Origin: Ruditapes philippinarum
Lineage: Eukaryota
Direction: 5' to 3'
DNA length: 64,000 nucleotides
Assembly: GCF_026571515.1 (NCBI RefSeq)
Contig: NW_026852234.1
Coordinates: 124,001 to 188,000 of the forward strand
Part shown: piece by piece, positions 27,103 to 38,600 of the stretch
Layout: each line of letters opens with the position of its first letter
Numbering within the stretch: position 1 is the first letter of the stretch
Program-made: the position numbers and the translations under genes
Notes under the pieces: model-generated
What the model saw: the letters and a program-made list of their open reading frames with translations, nothing else
Told to the model about the DNA's origin: nothing
Database searches by the model: none

Positions 27103-28979
27103 TTTTTGCAGGTATGAGAGGAACAGCTCTATGTGCTGCCATAGAGACAAGAAATTTTGAAATCACCAAGTTCTTGTTAGACTCTGGTTGTGATGTAAAT
27201 GCACAGGACTTCGATGGAGAACCACCGTTACTTCTTGCATTACGTAAACAATCGCCTGGACAAATATGTGGGAAAACAGCCTGTCTGGACATTGTTAAAT
27301 TGCTGTTGAATCACCCAAAGTGTAACCTGAACAAAGTCGACCCACTTACAAAAAAAAGCGCATTACATTTCGCTACAGAGCAAGACATGGCACAGGTCGT
27401 AGAATGGTTGATATCGAGCAAGTCAAAGATAGAGTGTAACATTAATCATATGGATGCAAATGGTAATGCTCCGCTTCATCTAGCTGTATTGGAAGGTTTG
27501 ACTGATGTTGTTGAGGTGTTAATCAGTCGTCCTAAATGCCTGATTAAGATATATAACAAGGCAGGTCTTACACCACTGCATATTTGTGCTCGTAACGGTG
27601 ATGTTGCAAATATGGAGAAAGTTCTAAGGAGAGTGAGCAAAGCAAGTGAGAAATGTGTCAGTCAAAAAGAGCAAACTGTGTCTGAACTAGATCTTAATCT
27701 TAATTCCATCACATTGATTGAAAAAGAAACAAGTTTGCACATTGCCTGTAAATTAGGACATGAAGGTGTTGTGGAACTATTGTTAAGATATGGGGCCAAG
27801 GTTGATTTGAAAGATTTTTTAGGCAACACTCCATTATTGGTGACTTTAGCTTCCTCACCACACTGGAAAACCAAAGATAATGGTATTCCGAAGATGCTTC
27901 TGAACAAGGGGGCAGATCCAAATGTGATATCTGTTGATCACCGATGCAGATACATTGAACCTAGCCAGGTGGTCTCTCCTTTGAGCATGGCTGTGAAGAA
28001 CGCAAATTTAGAGCTTACTAAGATCTTAATTTGTTCTGGTGCCGATGTAAATTTCACTGACAATATGGGTCAATGCCCCCTTTTCATTGCATTATGGGGA
28101 GGTGCTTTATCTGTTGCAAGCTTTCTTTTACAAGAATGCTCGTCCATTAATATCAATACACAAACAGATGATGGTAATACTTGTCTGCATGCGATTGTCA
28201 AGTGTAGAAAGAATTCAAACTCAAAGGACATATATAAGATTGTGAGGACAATCATGAATGCTGGCGGAAAAATTTACACAAACAAGGCAAACAAAACGGT
28301 GCTAGACAAAGCTTTCGAATACGAGGATCATATTCTTTTTGATGCAGTCTTAGAGGAATTGGACTGTTACATTGAAGACATTGAAGTTATAAATGTCTTT
28401 CAAAACAGTGAGGACACAGATGTATTTATATGTGGCAATGTTCCTGACGATATTCCAAAAGTTCAAAGATGGATTCACAAGGCAAGCTCGGAGGGTTTGA
28501 TTGAAATGATGAGGGTACTGCTGTCTCATGGTGCGGACATTGACGCTTCTTATTTTGACTATGATACTCATCAAAGCTTGTCCAATTTATACATTGCTTT
28601 GTATAATACAGAATATAAAATGGCAGAATTTCTGGTAAAAAATGGTGCCAATTTAAAAACTGAAAAATACATATATGATGAATTGGAAAAGGTTAATGGA
28701 AATGGTGACAAGAGAAATGATATCATTGTAAATGAAAGGGATATTGATGATGATGATGACGATGATGAATGTAGTTCTTCAGATGATGATGTATTTCATG
28801 GAAATGAGGAATTTAGAAATTGGCTACTCAAAGTTGCATGCACTCCTCAAACACTTAAACTTTCATGTCTTGTGATGATTCGAAAAATATTCATCAATAA
28901 TAAAATTCCATTTACCAGGATGGACCGTCTTAAACTACCAAATAAACTAACAAGTGAACTTCGTTACAAAGTGTTATAA
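25965..28979 (+). CDS. Ankyrin repeat and SOCS box protein (ASB-type Cullin5-ElonginBC substrate receptor), ~655 aa
   Basis: Exon 25965-26064 (MNRVDQLHRAIQVGLLPEVKMLVQLGANMDHVL + G, donor GTAGGA) joins in phase 1 to 27112-28979. Many ankyrin repeats (GNAPLHLAV, GLTPLHICA, ETSLHIAC, GNTPLL), an acidic tract, and a C-terminal SOCS box TPQTLKLSCLVMIRK...LKLPNKL. The ORF-track N-terminus (FIYL repeats) is intronic microsatellite. Confidence 0.9.
26088..27064 (+). mobile_element. HINE-like element family C with ~170-bp tandem units, filling the ASB intron
   Basis: (GTCT)n start; repeated tcaaaggtcaaggtcacact units (26231, 26401, ~26576); 3' palindrome tgtcac-ttgg-gtgaca and CTTGTT end. A related short copy lies at ~33655-33800. 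Confidence 0.7.
27063..27103 (+). repeat. (TTTA)n microsatellite
   Basis: About ten TTTA units immediately before the ASB exon 2 acceptor. Confidence 0.9.
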
Positions 28980-31341
28980 AAAGATTCCTCCATAATTATT
29001 TTTATTACAATAACAAATGTCATAAGCCAGTTAAGAAAGTAGCAGTGAACAAGACGTAATGTGTCATAAAGGCAGCAAAATGTAAACAAAATAGTAATTT
29101 TACTTTCATACAAAATATTCATTATAATAAAACCAAATTGCCAACAGCAAAAGGAGCAACAGATAGTTCAACTTGTTTCATGGCAAAATGTGTAACTTTT
29201 TGATTAATGTAACAAGTATCCAAAATTAAAAAAGTATCTGAGTAATGAAAATGATTGCATTTCTGAGGCATAATGGGCCTTTAATAAGATGAAAAAATAT
29301 AAAATCTAAATCTAATGGAGTTCAGATATTTCTATACATGTGGACATGATTGGAATCTGTCTCTTGCAAGGCAACTGGTGGTAGGAACATTTATTCTGAT
29401 ATTTAAACAGTATTACTTTTTTGGCGTTAATTTATATTTTACTTTGCATTTTATTTATATTATTGATTTTATATTTAATGCTTGTGTTAAGTGATATTTT
29501 TATTCCATTAAGAGTAACAATAGACATACAATGAGTTTGATAATATAGAGTGATAAAATTTATTCCTAAAACCAGTGTTGGAAATACAGTACCTGAAAAT
29601 GGTTCATTACATTTTATTAAGATTCGAAAATCTGATGTATATTTTAAAGAGAGGACTAAATAATTTTTTTTTTTTTTTTATCTTTTCTTCAAATTTTTGC
29701 GACGGACGCGCCCTCAGGCGCGTTCAGAGCTAAGTCATCTACATGGGAATTCGTTGACTACAATCGCGCAGTGTGTCCTAAACCGATTAACAGCCCAAGA
29801 AATAGTACATGAATTTGATCCTTCAAAACTCCCATACTTTGTCTGGATATCTTAAAATCTTCCATATTTAGCCTTTTCAATTTCAAATTAAGTTATCCAA
29901 GTTAAAATATGAACGTATATTATTGATAAAAACGTTGTAGTCCCGTAGTATTATTGCGCAATATGCAAATTACTGCCGAAACGATTTACCGCTGTCGAAA
30001 AAGTAGGACAGCAAATTATACTACAATAAAGGTGTAACCTCTGAGTTCCAAGACATTATTAGTAGGAAATAAAAATTTCTTCATTATACAAAACATTATT
30101 ATTAACAAATTGAAAGTTAATCAAAAGTTTTTCGTGACTCTAGGATAACTCGCGCATTAATAAAAGAAGAACTATTTTCATGACTCATACCGCGGGTTTA
30201 GCTGAATATTCAGCAGTTATTAATATCTTAGATACAGTACAATGGTTAGTAGAAATATCTATTTTTGAAAATGCATGTAAGAAGAGAGTTTAATTTTCAA
30301 CACTTGACCGCCATGTAGTCTTTCATGGTAAGGAAGTTATAATATCAGTTCTACTTCCGATTCTTGTGGTTTGTTTACATATTTTTCTAGGTCATGATAT
30401 TAGTTAACCTTCGCTATTCTAAAAATAGATTCTGCTTCACCTGTTCTGATTTTTGGACAGGCGATTAGGGAGTACACATTATACATGTAATAAACCAATA
30501 CTTTTAGAAATTCTATACAATTGTAAGAAGCAAACAAGTTGAAAATGGAATTTAGTGTGAAATTGAAAAGGACAACTAAACACTGTAGTGCTTAAGTGAC
30601 ATTTAAATTAAAATAAAAACGATGTGCTCTGGCCTCTACATCTTTACCTTGTAAATAAAAAAAATCTAAAAAATACACTATTAATTGCTGATGATTTTAA
30701 CCAAAATTTTTTTAATGAGACATAAAAAATACAAATGACTTATATTTTATTGTCTATATGCCCACTATGATATAACACGAAGCAATTCTAAATAGCATTC
30801 TCGAATGTATAATGTATTAATTTATGTTTGAAGTTTATTTGCCTGGTTTTATTTTAGAAATATTTTGTTAGTTAACAGTTTTTTTCTATTTACATATCAT
30901 TTCTTGGAATAAATCGATAAGGACACTGATTTACAAGTTTGACCAGAGTTTTTAGGCATAAATTTCATTCTGTATTTAAGTGCTTGAAAGTAGAAAATCT
31001 GAATTATATCAGTTTGGGACACAAAATATATTGCTCTACAAATCTCGAACTTGTATGGAACGAATTTTCTCTGTTATATAATTATTTTGTGTTTTGTTTT
31101 TGTTTTGTTTTTTCTAAAAGAAGCCTTAATGTCTCTCCGGTTGCATGTCCGTCGCATTCAGTGCTGCAGCACTTTGATTCACTACAAGTTGCACTGTCTA
31201 TGCTGCTGTCTATGCTAAACAATTTTTATTTTGTGTATCATTTATAGCATCACTGAAGAGTTTCTAGATTGATTTCTAAACAAATTTATAATTTTAAAAT
31301 TCAATAAAGAATTTATTGTTCACTGTAGAGATTCTACTTTA

Positions 31342-31592
31342 AGGGTGTTTTTGGCTGAGTGGTTAAGGTCATTGACCGCAAATCACTTGTTCCTCATTGT
31401 TATTGGTTTGAATCCTGCTAAGGGCTAAATGGATTCTTTCACGTAAAGAAGCTATCCAGCAAGCTTATGGAATGACGGCTGTTCTACTTAAATGGCCGTT
31501 TGTGTCTGAAATAATTTACAGAGAGGAACCTGAGGTCTTCTTAGCTGGAAGGTCGCCATATGACCTTTTAACAATGTTGGTGTGATGTAAAC
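31342..31592 (+). mobile_element. tRNA-derived SINE family 3
   Basis: tggctgagtggttaagg A box; body gaagctatccagc...gtcgccatatgacc shared with 61200-61478 and 51733-51912. Confidence 0.7.
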
Positions 31593-31689
31593 AAGCCCCC
31601 CTCCCCCCACAATAAAAAATGATGCTACAGTTCACAGTTCTTTTTCTATAAAATGGAAATTGGTTGTAATAGAGTAATGTTAGCTTCAA

Positions 31690-31742
31690 CTATTGTTTTC
31701 AAGCCTCCGCTATTGTTTTCAAGCCTCCGCTATTGTTTTCAA
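31690..31742 (+). repeat. 20-bp tandem repeat (~2.6 copies)
   Basis: ctattgttttcaagcctccg repeated. Confidence 0.85.
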
Positions 31743-32072
31743 CCATATGCTATTATAAACCATGCCATGCTTCTCTGATTTTTATTAAAAAGACAATATC
31801 TTGGATAATATTAAATATTAATTTAAATTGATAAGAATCATATTTATCTGAATTATTTTCTGTTACTGATATTTTACTTTTTGGTTTTGTTTTCCTGTTG
31901 TTTCAAATTATTTTTTATATTGTTTTTTATATAATAAAGATTTTTATCATTACTTTATTATTAGTTGACAGACTTTGTTATAAATTATCTCATTTTAAAT
32001 AGCTGCATAAAATATATGCTCATATTTTGATATCATGATTCATCTGGTTGATAGAAATGGACTCTTAGTTTG

Positions 32073-33232
32073 TTATGTCCCCTTTTGAAGGACATTTTGT
32101 TTTGCAGAATGATCAGTCATTGTTTCCAATAAATAACTTTAGAACGCATTGGCCAAATGTCCTAAAATTTCATAATAGGTGTATTGGCCTTGGCCAGTAA
32201 ATGACTTCTTTTGATTTAGGGGTCAAAGGTCTAGGCCATATTGACTTTGTATATCCAAACGGTTTCCGACCAATTACTCCACAACTCATGGCCCCTCAAA
32301 CTTCACAGGTGTATTGGTCTTGGCCAGTAGATTACCTCCATTGATTTAGATTTAGGGGTCAAAGGTCAAGGCCACATTGCTATTGTATGTCAAAACGGTT
32401 TCAAACAAAAGAACCAATGGGCCCAAGGCCCTGCAACTTTGTTTTGTTAGTGGATGACCACTATGGATTTTGGAGTTGGAGGATCAATGGTCAAGGTCAT
32501 GCTGACCTTGTATGTCAAAATGGTTTCCCACAAAACAACTCGACAACCAATTGGCCCTTTGGATCACAAACTTCACAGGTGCATTGCTCTTGACCATTAG
32601 ATGGCCCCAATTGATTTTGGTGTTAAGTGGTCAAAGGTCAAGGTCATATTGACCTTTATTGTCCAGACAGTTTCCGACTAATAACTTGACAACCAAATTT
32701 CACTGGTGCTTTGGTCTTGGCCAATAGATGACCCGGAATAATTTTGGGGTTGCAGGGACAAATATCAAGGTCGTATATCAAAACGGTTTCTGACCAATAA
32801 CTAGATAACCCAAGGGCCTCATCTTTATTGCTTCACAGGTGCATTGGTCTTGGCCAGTAGTTGACACCACCTGATTTTAGGGTCAAGGGGTGAAAGATAA
32901 AGATCACATTGGCCTTTAATGTCAAAACGGTTTTCGACCAATAACTCAACAACCCATTTGCCCTCGGCCTTATATCTTCACTGATGCATCATTATTCTTG
33001 GCTAGTAGATGTCTCCAATTGATTTTGGGGTTTTAGGGTCAAAGGTGAAGGTCACTTTGACATTGTATGCCAAAATGGTTTCCGAACAACATTGCATGTA
33101 ACTTCCGACATACTGACGAAGTTGTCATTCTAGGAAGAGTGCCACTCTGGTAAAATTTCTCCATGCCCGTAGGAGATTACGTCTTAAGTTTCTGTTTGAT
33201 CAGGTGAGCAGTATGGGCCAATTTGGGTCCTA
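32073..33232 (+). mobile_element. Old HINE-like element with degenerate ~120-130-bp tandem array
   Basis: About eight units containing ggtcaaaggtcaaggtca / aacttcacaggtgcattggtcttggccagtag; caggtgagc...gggcc end. Confidence 0.65.
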
Positions 33233-33879
33233 TTCAATGATTGATTTTAAACGGTGATATATTTATCATAAAGTTTGAAATCAAGACCCAATCTAAAGAT
33301 AGGATAACTTGCCCTTGAAAAATTGGTCAGTAGAGTATATCAGATAAAATCTGTGTTTACTGTTGAGTTTTGAGGTCACAATATTTAAATACGTGATGGA
33401 AACATCAACCATGATGTAATTATATCATAATGACAAAATGAAATTCTGGCCTCTAAATGATCTGGTCAAAATTAGTGTGGTTTATAGGATATATTTTGGT
33501 GCCAATCTGTAGGGGCTACTATGTGCGTTTAATAATGTATTTATTAGCCATATAAAAGCCATATAAACATAAGATACATGGATAACGATTCCTGGTATAA
33601 TAGAGTGACTCAATTGATATAGTAGTTAATGAAATTTATTTATTTATTATATGTTTATGCCTCGGCATATCAAATTCGTACTGTCCGTCGGCCCGTCTGT
33701 CTTTGCGTCCCCACTTACACAACATTCTTGTTCGGACTGTAACTATCATGCACTGAAGGATTTTAAAATAACTTGGCACAAATGTCTGTCACATCATGAT
33801 AAAAGTTTGCACACAAGTTATTGGTTCAGACCTACATCAAATCCCGGATCCTGTCATGTCAAAATAACTCAGTCCCTTT

Positions 33880-34048
33880 AAGCCGCGTGGGTTCAAACCC
33901 CGTAAGAGGCAAGTCGTTGCTTCCTTGAGCAAGAAACTTTACACTCATTGCTCAGTACTGGTTGGTTCCAGGAACGGATTCGAAAGTGTGTCTATAAGCT
34001 TATAGCTTCATACACAATCGAACTAAAATAAATTCTGTATAAGCCAAG
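33880..34048 (+). mobile_element. SINE family 2, 5'-truncated
   Basis: Close match to 16677-16845. Confidence 0.75.
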
Positions 34049-35638
34049 AATAACTAGGCATTTTCCAAATTGTCATAACTTGAAATTTAATCATATCTTC
34101 CTACAGCTAGCTTTGTATATAAAGCAATGAAAACTTACATAGAAACAAAAGACTAAACGTTAAACAAAAATACATTGGACTTAAGTGATTATGATAAATT
34201 GGCACCAAACTTCACTCGGAGTTTATTCAAAATGCCTACCTCTATGTAAACAACAGAACTTTTTATTTTAGTTCTTGATGACCCTCAGATCCCAAAATGA
34301 AGATTTTTTATATCCACGTAAGGTAACCCTTATATAATAAAGATCGTAGTAGTTACTGTAAAAACGACTGACGTTAATGACAACAAATTCTTCATGACGT
34401 CGGATTGTACGAGTATGTTGGCGTCATATTCGCGGCAAATACAATGAAGCTTAATTTCTACGATGCTCGTATTTTATGTATAGATATATTAAACTGCCTG
34501 CTTGTGTGTTTAATTTATTTACTGTTCGATAAAACAGTCAAATGAAAATGAGAATCAAAGGTTATGATACCATTTAAACATGCAAATACATCATAGACAA
34601 TATAAAAGGGACTTTTTACCCACATGTAGGCCTACAAAATATACATCGTTCGGATAAGTGTACTGTATGTAGTTACAAATTAAGTATCTATAGTCGATAA
34701 TGACATTTTAAACTAATAGCAAGCACTACAATACTATCTTTTAGAGACCAATTTAATAACTTCGAAATCAATTTAAATGCCTTTTCTTCTCTTTAATTGA
34801 TCACCTTGTTTATTTGTTTTCTGATAGCTTTCATTGCAGTTTCAATGTAAGTTACACAACGAACGTCATTTAGGCACAGCTACTGTTAGATCAAAATCAT
34901 TTGTGACTGTATGTTGTAATTTCCATTGCTTTCATGTATTTTGAAAAGGCAACATTATAAGAAAATGCAATATCGTAGAAGGGAAAAAAGTAATAATTTG
35001 AAAAAAGCAATACATGTATTATCAAAAAGTGATTTTATTTTACGGAAAAAAGCACTTTTAAGAGAGAAGGGGACGTGGTACATGTGTCAGATAAAGCAAT
35101 GTCGAAAATAAGAATAAAAAAACATTAATGAAATTGGCAAATTCTTGCTCTCTTATTTATGCCCTTAAACATTCCTAATGAAATTATATAATCACAGACT
35201 AAAATATATTTTTGCATACGATTTTATATATCTATTTTCTCCCTGCCATACTAAACTGCAAACAGCTTTGATTTTTTTTAAATTATTTCTTCCATGTGTA
35301 CAAATTAATGGTTGAACAACAAACACAATCAGGTTAGCCTAGCTAGAGCTTGACTAGAAGGTAGTTTTAACGTCAATACTAGATTTCTTTAATGACAAAC
35401 CCATTAATTGCTCCTTTGTCAAATCAAACTTTGAAAGAAACTTTCTATAGCTCTGAAATAATACAACTGAAACGTATGTAACGAAGTACATCACACAGAC
35501 AATACGCATGGCTTTGACTTATTTACGCGTCGCAGTTTTAAGTTAATTTCGTATCAAATATAATCATTGACTTTATATTGATTTATTATAACTTACACCC
35601 GTATTTAAGTTAAAAAAATCTCAAGCTTTATTTTTGTA

Positions 35639-38600
35639 ATGGCTACAGAAACGATGGACGATACGGACAAAGAAATGAGTCTGGGTAAATACATGAAATT
35701 ATGTTTTTTATTAATGTAATGTTTTATATTGTACATGTATTATATATTTATTCTTCTTAAATATTTTTGCATTGTAATGATCATTGGAAATCAAATTACA
35801 TGTCTTTGTTTTTAATTCAGGCAAAGGTAAAGGGGTGGGGGTGCAGTGAGCTGCTTGTTGAAACGAAATAGAAAACTAAATTCATAAAGTATACATTGTA
35901 TTTACTGCCATATTCACTAGTATGTATAAAACTGTATATAACGGATGGGGTTTTGTTTGTTTGATTTGTTTTTAGGGGATGGAATGTGCATTAATGTGTT
36001 GAAATTAACGACATCATAAATAATGAATTTTATTTACAAGTATTTTATGGACAAGGTGACTCAACAGCATATATAATATTTTCTATAGTAAATCTTGTAT
36101 TTTCGTTGATGTCCCCAAGCCCAGATCGGGCGAATTTACAGTTAGTGTTAATTTCCTTACCCCTTTGTTGTTTTGTGTACAAATTTGTACATTTATTTTG
36201 TATTTAAGGTAACCATGTATCCAGGCACGGCCTGACGGAAGAGGAAGATAAAGAATTTGAAGAGTTCCATAAAAGTTTAGGGTAAGTGATTCATTTCTGA
36301 TTTAATTAATTCTTAAACTATTATAATTCTTATTCGTAGACTACTTAAGTAGCCTAAATGCATGGGTTTCGAACTTTCTGTGTCTACCAACTCATATTCT
36401 TGTTGTATAAGTCTCCGATACATTTTTTAGTCCCCTACCGGTTTACCGGAGGGGACTTTAGGTTTACCCTCCGTCCGTCTGTCCGTCCGTCAGTCCGTCT
36501 GTCTGTCCGTCCGTCAGTCCGTCCGTCCACAAAACTGGATCCCGCGATAACACAAAAAGTGCTGAAAATATTTTAATGAAACTTGATATATGGATAGATG
36601 GCAGTATGGAGATTATGCACGTCTTTTTCTTTTTTTCCTATGCTGAAAATTCTGGTTGCTATGGCAACAAATAGACTGAAAATATGGCAGATTTTACACA
36701 TAACCTGGATCCAGTGATAACGCAAAAAGTATTGAAAATATTTTTATGAAACTTGACATATGGGTAGATGGCAGTATGGAAATTATGCACATCATTTTCT
36801 TATCTTCCTGTGTTGAAAATTCTGGTTGCTATGGCAACAAATAGACTGAATTTCAAGATTTCTGATTCTAGTTTTTAAGTTTTTTCACTATAAGTTCTTT
36901 ATTTCTTAAGGTATTTTCTTCAAACTTTAAAAATTAGTTGCTAGTCATCAACCACATCATATGTGACAAAGTTTACAATTCTAGCACAAAATTTATCAGA
37001 ATTACCTCCCTTGAACTTAAAATTTTCATGGAAAAAAACATTGTTTTTTTTAATAACTTCTTTTTTTCTGAACGTATCTACTTCAAACTTCATATAAATG
37101 TTTCTTATTATCACTCAACATTTGTGAGTGTTCAATACTCTAGCAAGACTATTTCCAGAATTATGCCCCTTTTGAACTTAGAGTTTTTTTTGAGAAATAG
37201 GTAATTTTTACTCCAACTTATACAATCATGATAGAATTTTCATCAAACTCCCTCATCATTATAATATGACAAGGTTTATAAATCTATCATCCATATTTCC
37301 AGAATTATCTCCTCCTTAAACTTTTTATTTTTCCTATTTGTTCTTTTAACTTTCATTTACTTCAATTTCAAAATAAATATTCAATATTCATACCTTCATT
37401 ACTAATTGTTCTTTGTTACACTCACATCATGTATGACATCGTTATCTCCTTTTTTTTTTAAATTTTGCTTTTAAAATGTTATATTTTGATAACAGGGATG
37501 TTTAAAAAATAACTTTAGACTGTCCTTCAGTCTGTCTGTCTGTCTGTCTGTTCACTGTGATCACTTTTAAAGAACTTTTTCAACAAATTTACTTAAAATA
37601 GAAACATAAGTGAATGGCCAATGGCCCTTCAGAATGTTGCTTGGGCTCTTACCGGTAGGGGACTTATGAATTGCTTGCAATACTATGATAATTGCTTGTT
37701 ATATAAATAAATGAACCCCTTAACTTTATAAAATATCTTATATCTTCAAAAAGACACATATTTATTATCAATTATCTATCAATGTAAATTCTATATTTAT
37801 CTTGTTTGTATTGTAGTCTTTTCATGTTTCATGTTTTCATGTATACTTTTCTTGAAATAAAGGGGCTTTAACCTGGTTCAAAAAAAAATAAAAAAATATA
37901 TTTATAAAAAAAAATATATAAATATATATAAATTCTACAGTCACATTTTGCCTGCCTTATTGCTACTTTAAAAGAAATTTAAGATAACACATATAGATAG
38001 CGTAACAGTCTGCGCAATATTCACAAAGTTTTAAGAATTGGAATCAAAACATATACATGTATGTATGAGGCATTATTTAATGCCAGGTAACATTTGCAAT
38101 CAACAACGTAACTATGGAATGTAAGTCAACCTGAAAGTAATTCCACTATGCGTGTGTGCAGTCTTTTTTCTTGATCAGCTATCGCAAGAAAATTGTCTTA
38201 AAAGTTTACATAACAAAATACTACAAACATATTGTTTTATAAACTTTATAACTGTGCTAGTAATATCTCAGTTTATCATCTTAACGGAATTTCATTTCTA
38301 CTTTTTTCAAACTGTATCTATTTTTCTTCCAATACCACCAGTTAATTCCAGTAATATCTATTTTGCCAGGCTGGTTATAATACTGCCCATTTAGATTGGA
38401 ATGGTGGCAATTACTATACCACCACGCACCATGACTACTTTTCGCACAATTCCCCAAGTGTGATGCGTCCTGATCTCTATCATATGTTGAGAACATCATT
38501 CCATTATGCCACTCAAGAGAATCTCCAGCAGTTCCACTGTATCCACTCACCTCCAGTTTGTAATTGTCTTCTTCCGGATATACCTTGAACTTGCTATACT

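Noticed and set aside
27060-27111. N-terminal MFIYLFIYL hydrophobic segment of the 639-aa ORF
   Set aside because: Intronic (TTTA)n; the true N-terminus comes from exon 25965-26064.
878-28979. Ubiquitin-pathway 'cluster' (MARCHF6, WD40 protein, ASB)
   Set aside because: Different compartments and complexes; adjacency in an animal genome is weak evidence.
37880-37925. Poly(A) remnant indicating FReD retroposition
   Set aside because: The A-run is on the plus strand, so it is T-rich on the FReD strand; wrong orientation for a retrocopy tail.
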